This document shows, piece by piece, positions 20,255 to 29,334 of a stretch of 32,000 nt of DNA. Position 1 is the stretch's first letter, and every line of letters begins with the position of its first letter. Under the pieces are notes generated by a model. It was not told where the DNA came from. It was given only the letters and a program-made list of their open reading frames with translations, and did no database searches. Location of the stretch: the NCBI RefSeq assembly GCF_020885515.1, contig NZ_AP024987.1, positions 1,200,001 through 1,232,000 on the forward strand, in the 5' to 3' direction. The translations under genes and the position numbers were made by a program. Origin of the DNA: a cyanobacterium endosymbiont of Braarudosphaera bigelowii (GTDB lineage Bacteria; Cyanobacteriota; Cyanobacteriia; Cyanobacteriales; Microcystaceae).

Positions 20255-20845
20255 ATGCCAGAAGTATCGCCAGCTGAATTAGTTCAAGGACTATTTAAAG
20301 GTAAAGTGGTTAGCTTCCCGACTGATACAGTTCCTGCTTTAGCTACATTGCCTCAAAATGCTTCTTCAATTTTTACAATGAAGAAGCGCTCTTTTAAGAA
20401 ACCTCTAATTTTAATGTCTTCATCATCAGAATCTGTCTGGAAATATACTCAAGGAACCTCTAGTGAACTGAAGATTTGGAAGAACATAGCATATAAATAT
20501 TGGCCAGGGCCTTTGACCTTAGTATTACCAGCCTCTAAATTTATTATTAGTACCAACACTAATAATCTTATTAATTCGAAAACAATAGGAATACGTATTC
20601 CTAATTGTTTTGCAGCACAAAGAATATTACAGAAAGTAGGATGTTTATTTACCACTAGCGTTAATATTTCAGGAGAAAAACCTGCCAAAAACATAACTGA
20701 AATATTAGAAAATTTTCCTGAAGTTTTAGTTTTGCAGAGGCAAAATTTTAATAATTACAAATACAGTAGTGGGCTACCATCTACTGTTGTTGAATGGAAA
20801 TTAAGAAAATGGGAAATCTTACGACAAGGTTGCATTAATATTTAA
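20255..20845 (+). CDS. tsaC: L-threonylcarbamoyladenylate synthase (YrdC/TsaC family, t6A tRNA modification)
   Basis: 196 aa with 'VVSFPTDTVPALATLP', 'KKRSFKKPLILM', 'YWPGPLTLVL', 'IGIRIP' and 'TTSVNISGE', which together make up the YrdC-domain motif set. Confidence 0.8.
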   Translation: MPEVSPAELVQGLFKGKVVSFPTDTVPALATLPQNASSIFTMKKRSFKKPLILMSSSSESVWKYTQGTSSELKIWKNIAYKYWPGPLTLVLPASKFIISTNTNNLINSKTIGIRIPNCFAAQRILQKVGCLFTTSVNISGEKPAKNITEILENFPEVLVLQRQNFNNYKYSSGLPSTVVEWKLRKWEILRQGCINI

Positions 20846-21366
20846 TATAAATTATCTAAAATAGCAAAAGTATATATTATTACCTAATAAATGAAAATTT
20901 TATATATTTAATTTGTAACTTAAAATATTATTCAAGAATATTTTTTCAATAAAATAATAGCTTAAAAACTACTTTGAAATTAACAACTACAAAAAGCTAT
21001 TTTAGTAAAAAGAACTTTATATAAGAAAAGTTTGGTATACTCAAAGTTATTTTATAGTTAAGATAATTGATGATGAAACAGACTTATTGATTATTGGTAA
21101 ACCTAATTCTTTTTATAACTATTATTAATCTAATTATCAATATGTATAAAGCACTGGCCAAATTAACTCAACTTAGTAAATTCAACTTACTGATAATAGT
21201 TTTAACCAAATAGGTATGCATAGTTTTTTATAAATATTTAGAGCTTTTTGTTGCACATTATGTAGATTTTACGATTCTCAATAAATCTTTCAAAAAAAAT
21301 TATTTAGAAAGTATTCTATCTTAAGTAAAACTATTTGAAATACGGTACTTTTTAAATACTCTTAAT

Positions 21367-22845
21367 ATGAAAAGTATAGCTATCATGAATAAGAAGAAAT
21401 TACTTAATATCTTAGGGAAAAAAGATCTGTTAGAAATAAACACTAAAAATAGTCTAGTTCGGAATCTTTCTAACGAAAATTTAATTGAAACTGATTTAAT
21501 AGAATTAATATCTAATCTAGTCAATCATAATATATGGCAACTAATTAAAGAAATTACTTGGGAAGCAGAAATTAAGGCTTGGGATTTATATATTGTAGGT
21601 GGTGTAGTTAGGGATTTATTTCTTGTAAACAAAAATAAAAAGATACTAACACAAGATATTGATTTAGTAGTAGATGGAAATAATTCTCCCCTCAATATAG
21701 GTGCGGGAATAGAAATAGCACAAACTATAAAACAACGTCACCCCGAGGCTAAATTAGTTGTGCACTATGATTTCAAAACAGCATCTTTATCATGGAATGA
21801 AGATAAAAGATATGGTTCAATACAAATTGATATCGCGACATCGAGAACTGAAATATATCCTTATCCTGCTGCAAATCCAAAAGTGCAACTAGCTTCTATT
21901 AAACAAGATTTGTCTAGGAGAGACTTCACCATAAATGCTTTAGCAATAAAACTAACATCTCCTGAAAGAGGTAAGTTACTAGATTTATTTATGGGTTTAT
22001 TAGATTTAAAAAAAGCTCAGATAAAAGTATTGCATCCTAATAGTTTTATTGAAGATCCTACTAGAATTTATAGAGCAGTAAGATTTGCTATACGCCTTAA
22101 CTTTAATATAGAAGCCAATACCATACAATATATTTATGATGCGACCAAGAATGAAATTTACGATAAAATAAACTCAGAAATAAGTATTCTACCTAGTTTA
22201 ACTATACGTCTAAAAAACGAATTGAGATCTATTTTAGGTACTAATTGTTGGAGAGCCTCTTTAGAACTATTATCTTACTTTGGTGCCTTAAACTATCTAC
22301 ATCCTAAGCTTACTTTAAATAATAAAGTTTTATGGCAAATGCGTTATGCTGTGAGATTCATAAAATATGTCAATCCTCATTATAAAATAGTACAATGGCT
22401 GCTTATATTAGAAATATTACTTTCCTCGATTCCTCAAAAAGAAAGAAATTTTGTTGCTACTAACTTGCAACTTCCTTCTGAGAGCATAAAAAGATTATTA
22501 GAAATACAAAATATTAATAAAAAGATTAATCAAAGATTATCGAGCTACTGTAAAGTTAGCGATAAAGTGAAATTATTGAATAAGTTCAATAACGTAGAAT
22601 TAATATTAGTTGCAGCACAATCTAAAAAAGAAATTCGCTCTCTCATTTGGCAATATTTTACAAGGTTTTCAAAAATAAGTTCTCCTCTAAGTGGTCATGA
22701 TTTAAAAAAAATGGGGTATTTGCCAGGACCAAAGTATAAAAAAGTTCTCAGCATATTGTTAGACAAAACCCTAGACCGAGAAATTAAGACAAGAAAGGAG
22801 GCAGAAGTAATAGTTCAACAGATAATGGCAAGAAGACTCGATTAA
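21367..22845 (+). CDS. cca: CCA-adding tRNA nucleotidyltransferase / poly(A) polymerase family protein
   Basis: 492 aa. Nucleotidyltransferase head 'YIVGGVVRDLFL..QDIDLVVDG', then 'RRDFTINALAI', 'EDPTRIYRAVRFAIRL', and a C-terminal 'SGHDLKKMGYLPGPKYKKVL'. The exact activity (CCA, CC or A adding) cannot be told from sequence alone, and the first ~70 aa are not recognised. Confidence 0.75.
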   Translation: MKSIAIMNKKKLLNILGKKDLLEINTKNSLVRNLSNENLIETDLIELISNLVNHNIWQLIKEITWEAEIKAWDLYIVGGVVRDLFLVNKNKKILTQDIDLVVDGNNSPLNIGAGIEIAQTIKQRHPEAKLVVHYDFKTASLSWNEDKRYGSIQIDIATSRTEIYPYPAANPKVQLASIKQDLSRRDFTINALAIKLTSPERGKLLDLFMGLLDLKKAQIKVLHPNSFIEDPTRIYRAVRFAIRLNFNIEANTIQYIYDATKNEIYDKINSEISILPSLTIRLKNELRSILGTNCWRASLELLSYFGALNYLHPKLTLNNKVLWQMRYAVRFIKYVNPHYKIVQWLLILEILLSSIPQKERNFVATNLQLPSESIKRLLEIQNINKKINQRLSSYCKVSDKVKLLNKFNNVELILVAAQSKKEIRSLIWQYFTRFSKISSPLSGHDLKKMGYLPGPKYKKVLSILLDKTLDREIKTRKEAEVIVQQIMARRLD

Positions 22846-23473
22846 TTAATTTTTTGCTTTTAATATTAATCAAAATAATTTTGATTATGTAATATCTTTA
22901 TTTAAATTTTAATAATAACTCTTTAGCTAATATAAAAAAATAACATTTAAATTAACTCTCATAATTAATACACTGTACTTAACAACTATAGTGCGTTCTT
23001 CTCATTTAAGATTCTTTTTTATTTTTTATAAATTATGCATTCATAGCCTAATTAAATATAATGAATATCGACTTTTATAGAGATAAAAAACTATAATCAA
23101 AACAAATATATAAAATTTCATTATAGAAAATAATTACTCAAGAATACTAAATAAAAAAAACTTGAATCATATAAAGAATGTGTATATGTTAAGTTTAAAC
23201 TTACTATCTTAATACTTGAAAAAAATCATTTTTTATTTAAAACTATAATACTATCCTAAAATATATCTTTAAATTTATGTTTGTTGCAAGTTTTTCCCTA
23301 AAATCATTTTAAATCTAAGTAACATTTATACTTGAAATTAAATATTATTTTTATAGTTATTTATATAAAATAATAATTTAGCTCGAAAAAACTTACTGAC
23401 TTTGATATTATTAATCTTGACTTTAACAAATATTATTTAATTTTGACGATACAACTATATTAAATTAACTATT

Positions 23474-23743
23474 ATGAAAAATATACAACTCATTAATATT
23501 GGGTTTGGTAATATTGTGTCTGCTAATAGAATAATCTCTATCATTAGCCCAGATTCTGCTCCCATTAAACGTATTGTTACTGAGGCAAGAGATCGCGGGC
23601 AACTGGTTGATGCTACATATGGTCGCCGTACACGTGCTGTTATTGTTACAGATTCTAGCCATATTATTTTGTCTGCTATACAACCGGAAACTATAGCTCA
23701 TCGTTTTATTTCTGGTAAGGAAAATATTATTAATAGTAACTAG
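23474..23743 (+). CDS. remA: RemA/DUF370 family protein
   Basis: 89 aa with '[53 protein letters not shown]', which is highly characteristic of RemA/YlzA. It has the conserved position upstream of gmk. Confidence 0.87.
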   Translation: MKNIQLINIGFGNIVSANRIISIISPDSAPIKRIVTEARDRGQLVDATYGRRTRAVIVTDSSHIILSAIQPETIAHRFISGKENIINSN

Positions 23744-23763
23744 TAATTAATTTTTTTATTTTT

Positions 23764-24324
23764 ATGATATCAGGTAAACTTATTGTCTTAACTGGTCCTA
23801 GTGGCGTAGGAAAAGGAACACTAGTACGTACTCTATTAAGTCGTCATCCAAAGCTTTATCTATCAATTTCTGCAACCACTCGTTCTCCCCGTCTTGGTGA
23901 AATTAATGGTCAAGATTACTATTTCATTAACAATACAAAATTTGAAAGTATGATTCAACAAAACCAATTATTAGAATGGGCTCAATATGCTGGCAACTAT
24001 TATGGAACACCACGTATTAATGTTCAAGAAAAAATCAATAAGGGATTCATTGTTCTCTTGGAAATAGAAGTAGCTGGAGCAGAAGCAATTAAAAAAACTT
24101 TTTCTAATGCTTTGAGAATTTTTATATTACCACCTTCTCTTAAAGAGCTTGAAAGTCGCTTAAGAGGTAGAGCGACTGACTCTGAGCAGTCTATTACAAA
24201 ACGTCTCAAACTTGCGAAAGAAGAATTAGCAGTTAGTCAAAAATTCGATAAGGTAATCACTAACCATAATTTAGAGAAAACATTAAGACAATTAGAACTA
24301 ATTATTTTTTCTACACAGTCTTAG
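23764..24324 (+). CDS. gmk: Guanylate kinase
   Basis: 186 aa with P-loop 'GPSGVGKGT', 'SISATTRSPRLGEINGQDYYF' and 'EWAQYAGNYYGT'. Confidence 0.93.
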   Translation: MISGKLIVLTGPSGVGKGTLVRTLLSRHPKLYLSISATTRSPRLGEINGQDYYFINNTKFESMIQQNQLLEWAQYAGNYYGTPRINVQEKINKGFIVLLEIEVAGAEAIKKTFSNALRIFILPPSLKELESRLRGRATDSEQSITKRLKLAKEELAVSQKFDKVITNHNLEKTLRQLELIIFSTQS

Positions 24325-24346
24325 TTATTTATTAACAACTAAGACT
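24317..24346. terminator. 10-bp hairpin spanning the 20-bp gap between convergent gmk and rlmN; both stop codons lie inside its arms
   Basis: 'agtcttagtt' (24317-24326) pairs with 'aactaagact' (24337-24346) around a 10-nt loop. The gmk TAG is at 24322-24324. The rlmN TAG (minus strand) is at 24345-24347. Confidence 0.5.
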
Positions 24347-25370
24347 ATGTATTATGTGATGCCCTTAACTGTCCACAAGCAGCATGTGTTTCAAGTCCCC
24401 TTGAATATCTAATGCTTGCAGGAATTCCATATTTTTCGAGTTGATAAGAGAAAGTTTTAATTCTTTGAGATGAAGATCGTTGATATTTAACTTCTTCAAT
24501 AGGATTGTAAGGAATTAGGTTAACATGATTTTGAAAACCTTTAAGCAATTTAGCTAACTCTACTGCTTGCTCTAGTGAATCATTGATTTTTTCCAAAAGT
24601 ATATATTCGAATGTTAATCTTCTTTTCGTTATTTCAACATATTTTTTACAATCACTTAGTAAAGTTGATAAAGGATAAGATTTAGAAGTAGGAATTAATT
24701 GTTCTCTTAATATTTGGTTGGAAGCATGAAGACTAACAGCAAAAGTAATCTGCAGCTTATAGTTAGCAAATTCTAAAATTTTTTTAGGAATTCCAACTGT
24801 AGAAACAGTTAAGGAACGTTGTCCTATGCCTATATCTTGGTTAATTATTTTTATCGCTTTTATTACTTCTTCCATATTTAGTAAAGGTTCCCCCATACCC
24901 ATAAATACTACATGACTGACTCTTCGTTGAAAGTCTTCCTGTACAGTCAAAATTTGATCTATAATCTCTCCACAAGTTAAGTTTCTTTTAAAAGTTCCTT
25001 TTCCAGTTGCACAAAAATCACAGCTCATAGGACACCCAACCTGTGAAGAGACACAAACAGTTAAACGTTTAGGCGTTGGAATACCTACGGTTTCTATAAT
25101 TGATCCATCCTTTAAGCTTAGTAAATATTTCCGAGTTTTATCTGGGGCAACCACAAGATCATGAATAACAGAACGACCAATAGGATAGTGTTCCAGATCT
25201 TTTCTCCAGCTTTTAGGAAATACTGAGATATCTGTAAATGATCTAATACCTTTACGATATAGCCACTGATGAAGTTGTTTTCCACGGTAATTGGGTTGTC
25301 CTTGTAGTTCAACCCAATTAGTTAATTCCTCTATAGATTTGCCCAGTAATGTTTCTTCTTTTAATTGCAT
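24345..25370 (-). CDS. rlmN: 23S rRNA/tRNA adenine-C2 methyltransferase RlmN (radical SAM)
   Basis: 341 aa with '[11 protein letters not shown]', the radical SAM cluster motif '[13 protein letters not shown]', 'MGMGEPLLN' and a C-terminal 'ACGQL'. Confidence 0.93.
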   Translation of the reverse strand: MQLKEETLLGKSIEELTNWVELQGQPNYRGKQLHQWLYRKGIRSFTDISVFPKSWRKDLEHYPIGRSVIHDLVVAPDKTRKYLLSLKDGSIIETVGIPTPKRLTVCVSSQVGCPMSCDFCATGKGTFKRNLTCGEIIDQILTVQEDFQRRVSHVVFMGMGEPLLNMEEVIKAIKIINQDIGIGQRSLTVSTVGIPKKILEFANYKLQITFAVSLHASNQILREQLIPTSKSYPLSTLLSDCKKYVEITKRRLTFEYILLEKINDSLEQAVELAKLLKGFQNHVNLIPYNPIEEVKYQRSSSQRIKTFSYQLEKYGIPASIRYSRGLETHAACGQLRASHNT

Positions 25371-25709
25371 AAAAAATTTATAAAATCAAATAACTTTATT
25401 TAGATTGAAGTAAAAAAATATATAGTTCGGAGTTACTTTAGAAACTATATCATAAGCTTTTTCGTAACATATATCACTTCAAGGTGAAAAAGATAAAAAT
25501 ATAAACTTTAATTTAGCATCAAAAGCTTACATATCATATACATAGTAAAAAATATTACTTGCTGATTATTAATATAAAAGTTATTATTGGTAGAGATTTA
25601 AATGACTTGCTTCTACTTAAAGACTTGGAAGTATATTGTGTTATGAGCTGCAACAAATTAGCAATATGATGTTGATGCTCAAAATATACTCCAGAAACTC
25701 ACCTCAGAA

Positions 25710-27302
25710 ATGGATTTTAGGATAACAATGATGAAAAAACAGCGTATTTTATACTGCCGCCTTCCTTGTAATCCAATTTTTCCTATCGGTATAGTTTATT
25801 TATCAGATCATGTACACAAGTTATTTCCCGAAACTAAGCAAAGAATTCTTGATCTAGGAACAGTACCTCCATTAGATTTCAAAAAAACTTTAAAAAAATG
25901 TATTGACGAATTTAAACCTACTTTGCTCATATTTTCATGGAGAGATATTCAGATTTATGCTCCCGTAGGAGGTAGAAGTGGTAATCCTTTACAAAACGCT
26001 TTTGAGGTATATTATTCACAGAATATTTTTACTCGGTTAAGAGGAGCTCTAGGTGGTTTAAGAGTAGTTAAAGATTATTACAGTGAGTTATGGAGAAATG
26101 TTAATCTAATAAAATTAGGTTTTAGACAAGCTCAAAAATATCATTCAGAAGTAAGATTAATAGTTGGTGGTGGTGCTGCAAGCGTATTTTATGAACAAGT
26201 ACAGTACTATCTTCCTCACGGAACTATAGTTTCAGTTGGTGAGGGTGAGGGACTGCTACAAAAACTATTAAGTAATAAAGATTTTTCCAATGAAAGATGC
26301 TATGTAATAGGAGAAGGTAAACCCCGTGAAAGGTTAATTCATGAATTTCCTGATCCTCTATATAAAACAGCTTGTAACTATGACTATATAGAAACTATTT
26401 GGGACGAGTTTAATTATTACTTCGAAGAAAGTGATTTCTATATTGGTGTACAAACTAAGCGAGGTTGTCCTCATAATTGTTGTTATTGCGTTTATACAGT
26501 TGTTGAAGGTAAACAAGTTCGAATAAATCCTGTTAATGAAGTAGTTGAAGAGATGAGTCAGCTGTATAAAAGAGGAATTCGAAACTTTTGGTTTACAGAT
26601 GCACAGTTTATCCCTGCTCGTAAATTCATTAAAGATGCAGAAGAACTGTTAGAAGCAATCATTAAATCTGGAATGACAGATATTAATTGGGCAGCATATA
26701 TCAGGGCAGATAATTTAACTCCAAGACTGTGTGATCTTATGGTTAAGACAGGAATAAGCTATTTCGAAATTGGTATCACTAGTGGCTCACAAGAGTTAGT
26801 TAGAAAAATGCGAATGGGATATAATTTGAAGACTGTTTTACAAAATTGTCGTTATTTAAAAGATGCAGGATTTAATAGTTTAGTTTCTGTTAACTATTCT
26901 TTTAATGTTATTGATGAGACATTTGATACTATCCGTCAGACAATTGCATATCATAGGAATTTAGAAGAAATTTTTGGAAAAGATAATGTTGAGCCAGCCA
27001 TCTTTTTTATTGGCCTACAACCTCATACACATCTAGAAGAATATGCATTCCAACATAAAATTTTAAAGCCTGGATATAATCCAATGAGCTTAATGCCTTG
27101 GACAGCAAGAAAGCTTTTATGGAATCCTGAACCATTAGGAAGTTTCTTTGGAGAGGTTTGTTTACAAGCATGGAAAAAGAATCCTAATGATTTTGGTAGA
27201 GAAGTAATGAATATCTTAGAATACAAATTAGGAAAATCTAAAATAGAGCAAGCGCTATCTGCACCAATAGTTTCTAAAAATAAATACTTATCTCAAGTAT
27301 GA
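25710..27302 (+). CDS. B12-binding-domain radical SAM protein (class B-like), substrate unknown
   Basis: 530 aa. The N-terminal half is Rossmann-like: 'RILYCRLPCNPIFPIGIVYLSDH' and 'LIVGGGAAS'. A canonical CX3CX2C motif, 'CPHNCCYC', lies at 26466-26489. The true start may be the internal ATGATG at 25728. Confidence 0.85.
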   Translation: MDFRITMMKKQRILYCRLPCNPIFPIGIVYLSDHVHKLFPETKQRILDLGTVPPLDFKKTLKKCIDEFKPTLLIFSWRDIQIYAPVGGRSGNPLQNAFEVYYSQNIFTRLRGALGGLRVVKDYYSELWRNVNLIKLGFRQAQKYHSEVRLIVGGGAASVFYEQVQYYLPHGTIVSVGEGEGLLQKLLSNKDFSNERCYVIGEGKPRERLIHEFPDPLYKTACNYDYIETIWDEFNYYFEESDFYIGVQTKRGCPHNCCYCVYTVVEGKQVRINPVNEVVEEMSQLYKRGIRNFWFTDAQFIPARKFIKDAEELLEAIIKSGMTDINWAAYIRADNLTPRLCDLMVKTGISYFEIGITSGSQELVRKMRMGYNLKTVLQNCRYLKDAGFNSLVSVNYSFNVIDETFDTIRQTIAYHRNLEEIFGKDNVEPAIFFIGLQPHTHLEEYAFQHKILKPGYNPMSLMPWTARKLLWNPEPLGSFFGEVCLQAWKKNPNDFGREVMNILEYKLGKSKIEQALSAPIVSKNKYLSQV

Positions 27303-27366
27303 ATAAAAGTAATTAGTAAATGAGATATATTGTGTCATTTACATTGTTTTTGACTTAAATTTTATT

Positions 27367-27408
27367 AGCTTACTCAATTATTTTTATTTATAGATAATTG
27401 AGTAAGCT
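27367..27408. terminator. Perfect 15-bp inverted repeat between the convergent radical SAM and ABC transporter genes
   Basis: 'agcttactcaattat' (27367-27381) is the exact reverse complement of 27394-27408, with a 12-nt T-rich loop. Confidence 0.55.
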
Positions 27409-27519
27409 GATAGTAATTGCTGTTTATAAAAGTTAGTTAATATAAATTAATTTTCGATTTGAAATAATTCTATGTTTATCAATTTTAGTAGGATTACTGT
27501 CGATAGGTAAAGTATCAAC

Positions 27520-29262
27520 CTAAAAGTTATCTAACCCTTTAGCATATTGCTGTTCATAGAACTTTGCATAATATCCCTTCTTAATTAATAATTGATTATG
27601 ATCTCCTGATTCAACTATTTGTCCATTATTTAAAACTATTATACAATCAGCATTTCTAATTGTGCTTAAACGATGAGCGATTACAAAAACTGTACGATTC
27701 TTCATAACTCTTTCTAATGCCTCTTGAACCAAAGCTTCTGATGTAGAATCTAAAGCTGATGTAGCTTCATCTAATATCATGATACGAGGATTTAACATAA
27801 CGGCTCTAGCAATTGCTATTCTCTGTTTTTGCCCTCCTGAAAGATTTACTCCTCTTTCTCCTACCCAAGTATGATAACCTTGCGGAAATTGCATAATAAA
27901 TGAATGTGCATTTGCAATTTGTGAGGCTTTTTCTATTGCCTTAAAATCTAACTGATCTTGTCCATAAGCAATATTCTGAGCAATAGTTCCTGAAAATAAA
28001 ATATTTTCTTGCGGAACAATTCCAATTTGTCGTCGTAAACTAATTATGTTTAGATCTTTAATATCTATATCGTCAATAGAAATTTTTCCTTCTTGAGGAT
28101 CATAAAAGCGTGAAATTAATTTTACTAAAGTCGTTTTACCAGCACCAGAAGAACCTACTAAAGCTATAACTTTGCCAGGTTGTACTAGTAGATCTAAATT
28201 TTTTAGAACTGGTTCATTATATTTATAGTAGAAACTAACTTGTGAAAATTCTACTTTTCCTAATACTGTTGGCAGAGTTAAAGAGTTTTTTTTCTGTTCA
28301 ACTGCTGGTTGTTGGTCCATTAACTCAAAAATGCGATCCACAGATGCTTCAGCTTGTTTAAATTCATTATAATTACTTGTAATTAGATCAATTGGCTGAA
28401 GTAATATAGCAACTGCTGCTAAATAGCTTACAAATTCTTCAGACTTCAAATTTCCTTGAGAAATTTGCCATCCTCCAATAAAAAATAAGAACATGATACT
28501 AACAGCTTCTAAGAATCCAACAATAGGATATTGAGTAGCTTTTAACTTTTCTGCTTTGTATCTTGCATTTCTATTATGCCTAGCTTCTTGTGAAAATCTT
28601 TCAACTTCATAGTCTTGTGCAGCAAATGCTTGTACTACGCTAACACCATTAAAAACTTCTGTAAGTAAAGAAGATAAATTAGAAATTCGATTTTGACTAC
28701 GGCTGGATAAAACTAATAATCTTTCTCCAAAACGACTAACCAAGACTGCCATTAAAGGTGCCAAAATTAGACTAGCAATAGTTAGTTGCCAGTTTAGATA
28801 AAGCATGTATAAAGGAATTACAATTAACTGGAGTACGTTGGAAACAAACTGATGAGATAATTTATCAACAATTTCTCCGACCTTATCTATATCTTCGGTC
28901 AACCTGTAAGTAAGATCTCCTGTCTTTACAGTTTCAAAGTAATCTAATCCTAATTGATGTAAATGTGCATAAGTTTTTCTACGTACATTTAAAACCATTT
29001 CTAGGGAAGCATTAATCATGAAAATATTTTGTCCATATTGAAAAATACCTCGTACTAAAAAAGCTAATGTCCCTAATCCCAACCAATAAGTAACTTCTTC
29101 TAGTTTTCCTTGTCCAATATGTAAGGAAACTTTTCCTGCCAGATAAGGTAATGATAAGGTTACTAAAACGAAGCCTAAAATACACATTAAACCCTTAGAT
29201 AGAGACGACCACTCTTGTAATAAATAAGGTAATAGACGTAACCAATTTGATTTTTTTTTCAT
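27520..29262 (-). CDS. ABC exporter, fused permease/ATPase (MsbA/type I exporter-like)
   Basis: 580 aa. The N-terminal ~300 aa carry about six hydrophobic helices. The C-terminal NBD has Walker A 'GSSGAGKTT', signature 'LSGGQKQR' and Walker B 'IMILDEATSALD', followed by an H-loop 'AHRLST'. Confidence 0.9.
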   Translation of the reverse strand: MKKKSNWLRLLPYLLQEWSSLSKGLMCILGFVLVTLSLPYLAGKVSLHIGQGKLEEVTYWLGLGTLAFLVRGIFQYGQNIFMINASLEMVLNVRRKTYAHLHQLGLDYFETVKTGDLTYRLTEDIDKVGEIVDKLSHQFVSNVLQLIVIPLYMLYLNWQLTIASLILAPLMAVLVSRFGERLLVLSSRSQNRISNLSSLLTEVFNGVSVVQAFAAQDYEVERFSQEARHNRNARYKAEKLKATQYPIVGFLEAVSIMFLFFIGGWQISQGNLKSEEFVSYLAAVAILLQPIDLITSNYNEFKQAEASVDRIFELMDQQPAVEQKKNSLTLPTVLGKVEFSQVSFYYKYNEPVLKNLDLLVQPGKVIALVGSSGAGKTTLVKLISRFYDPQEGKISIDDIDIKDLNIISLRRQIGIVPQENILFSGTIAQNIAYGQDQLDFKAIEKASQIANAHSFIMQFPQGYHTWVGERGVNLSGGQKQRIAIARAVMLNPRIMILDEATSALDSTSEALVQEALERVMKNRTVFVIAHRLSTIRNADCIIVLNNGQIVESGDHNQLLIKKGYYAKFYEQQYAKGLDNF

Positions 29263-29334
29263 TTTAAAGAATTAGAACCATTTTTATTTTTTGTTAGTAA
29301 ATGGTGATTTTATTAACTTTCAACTTAATAGACA

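Noticed and set aside
20088-23338. Recurring 9-mer 'atacttgaa' in spacers (about 20088, 23212 and 23329)
   Set aside because: Chance recurrence of an AT-rich 9-mer is plausible at this composition. The flanks are not conserved.
20449-27226. Other short ORFs on the opposite strand that overlap supported genes, partly or wholly (20449-20694, 21321-21524, 23465-23701, 24024-24209, 25118-25312, 27023-27226)
   Set aside because: Each overlaps a supported gene on the opposite strand, or in a second frame of the same strand (25118-25312). None has recognisable motifs.
4939-27408. Long palindromes as copies of a MITE or dispersed repeat family
   Set aside because: The arms of the five hairpins share no common sequence, there are no flanking direct repeats, and each sits exactly at a convergent gene junction.
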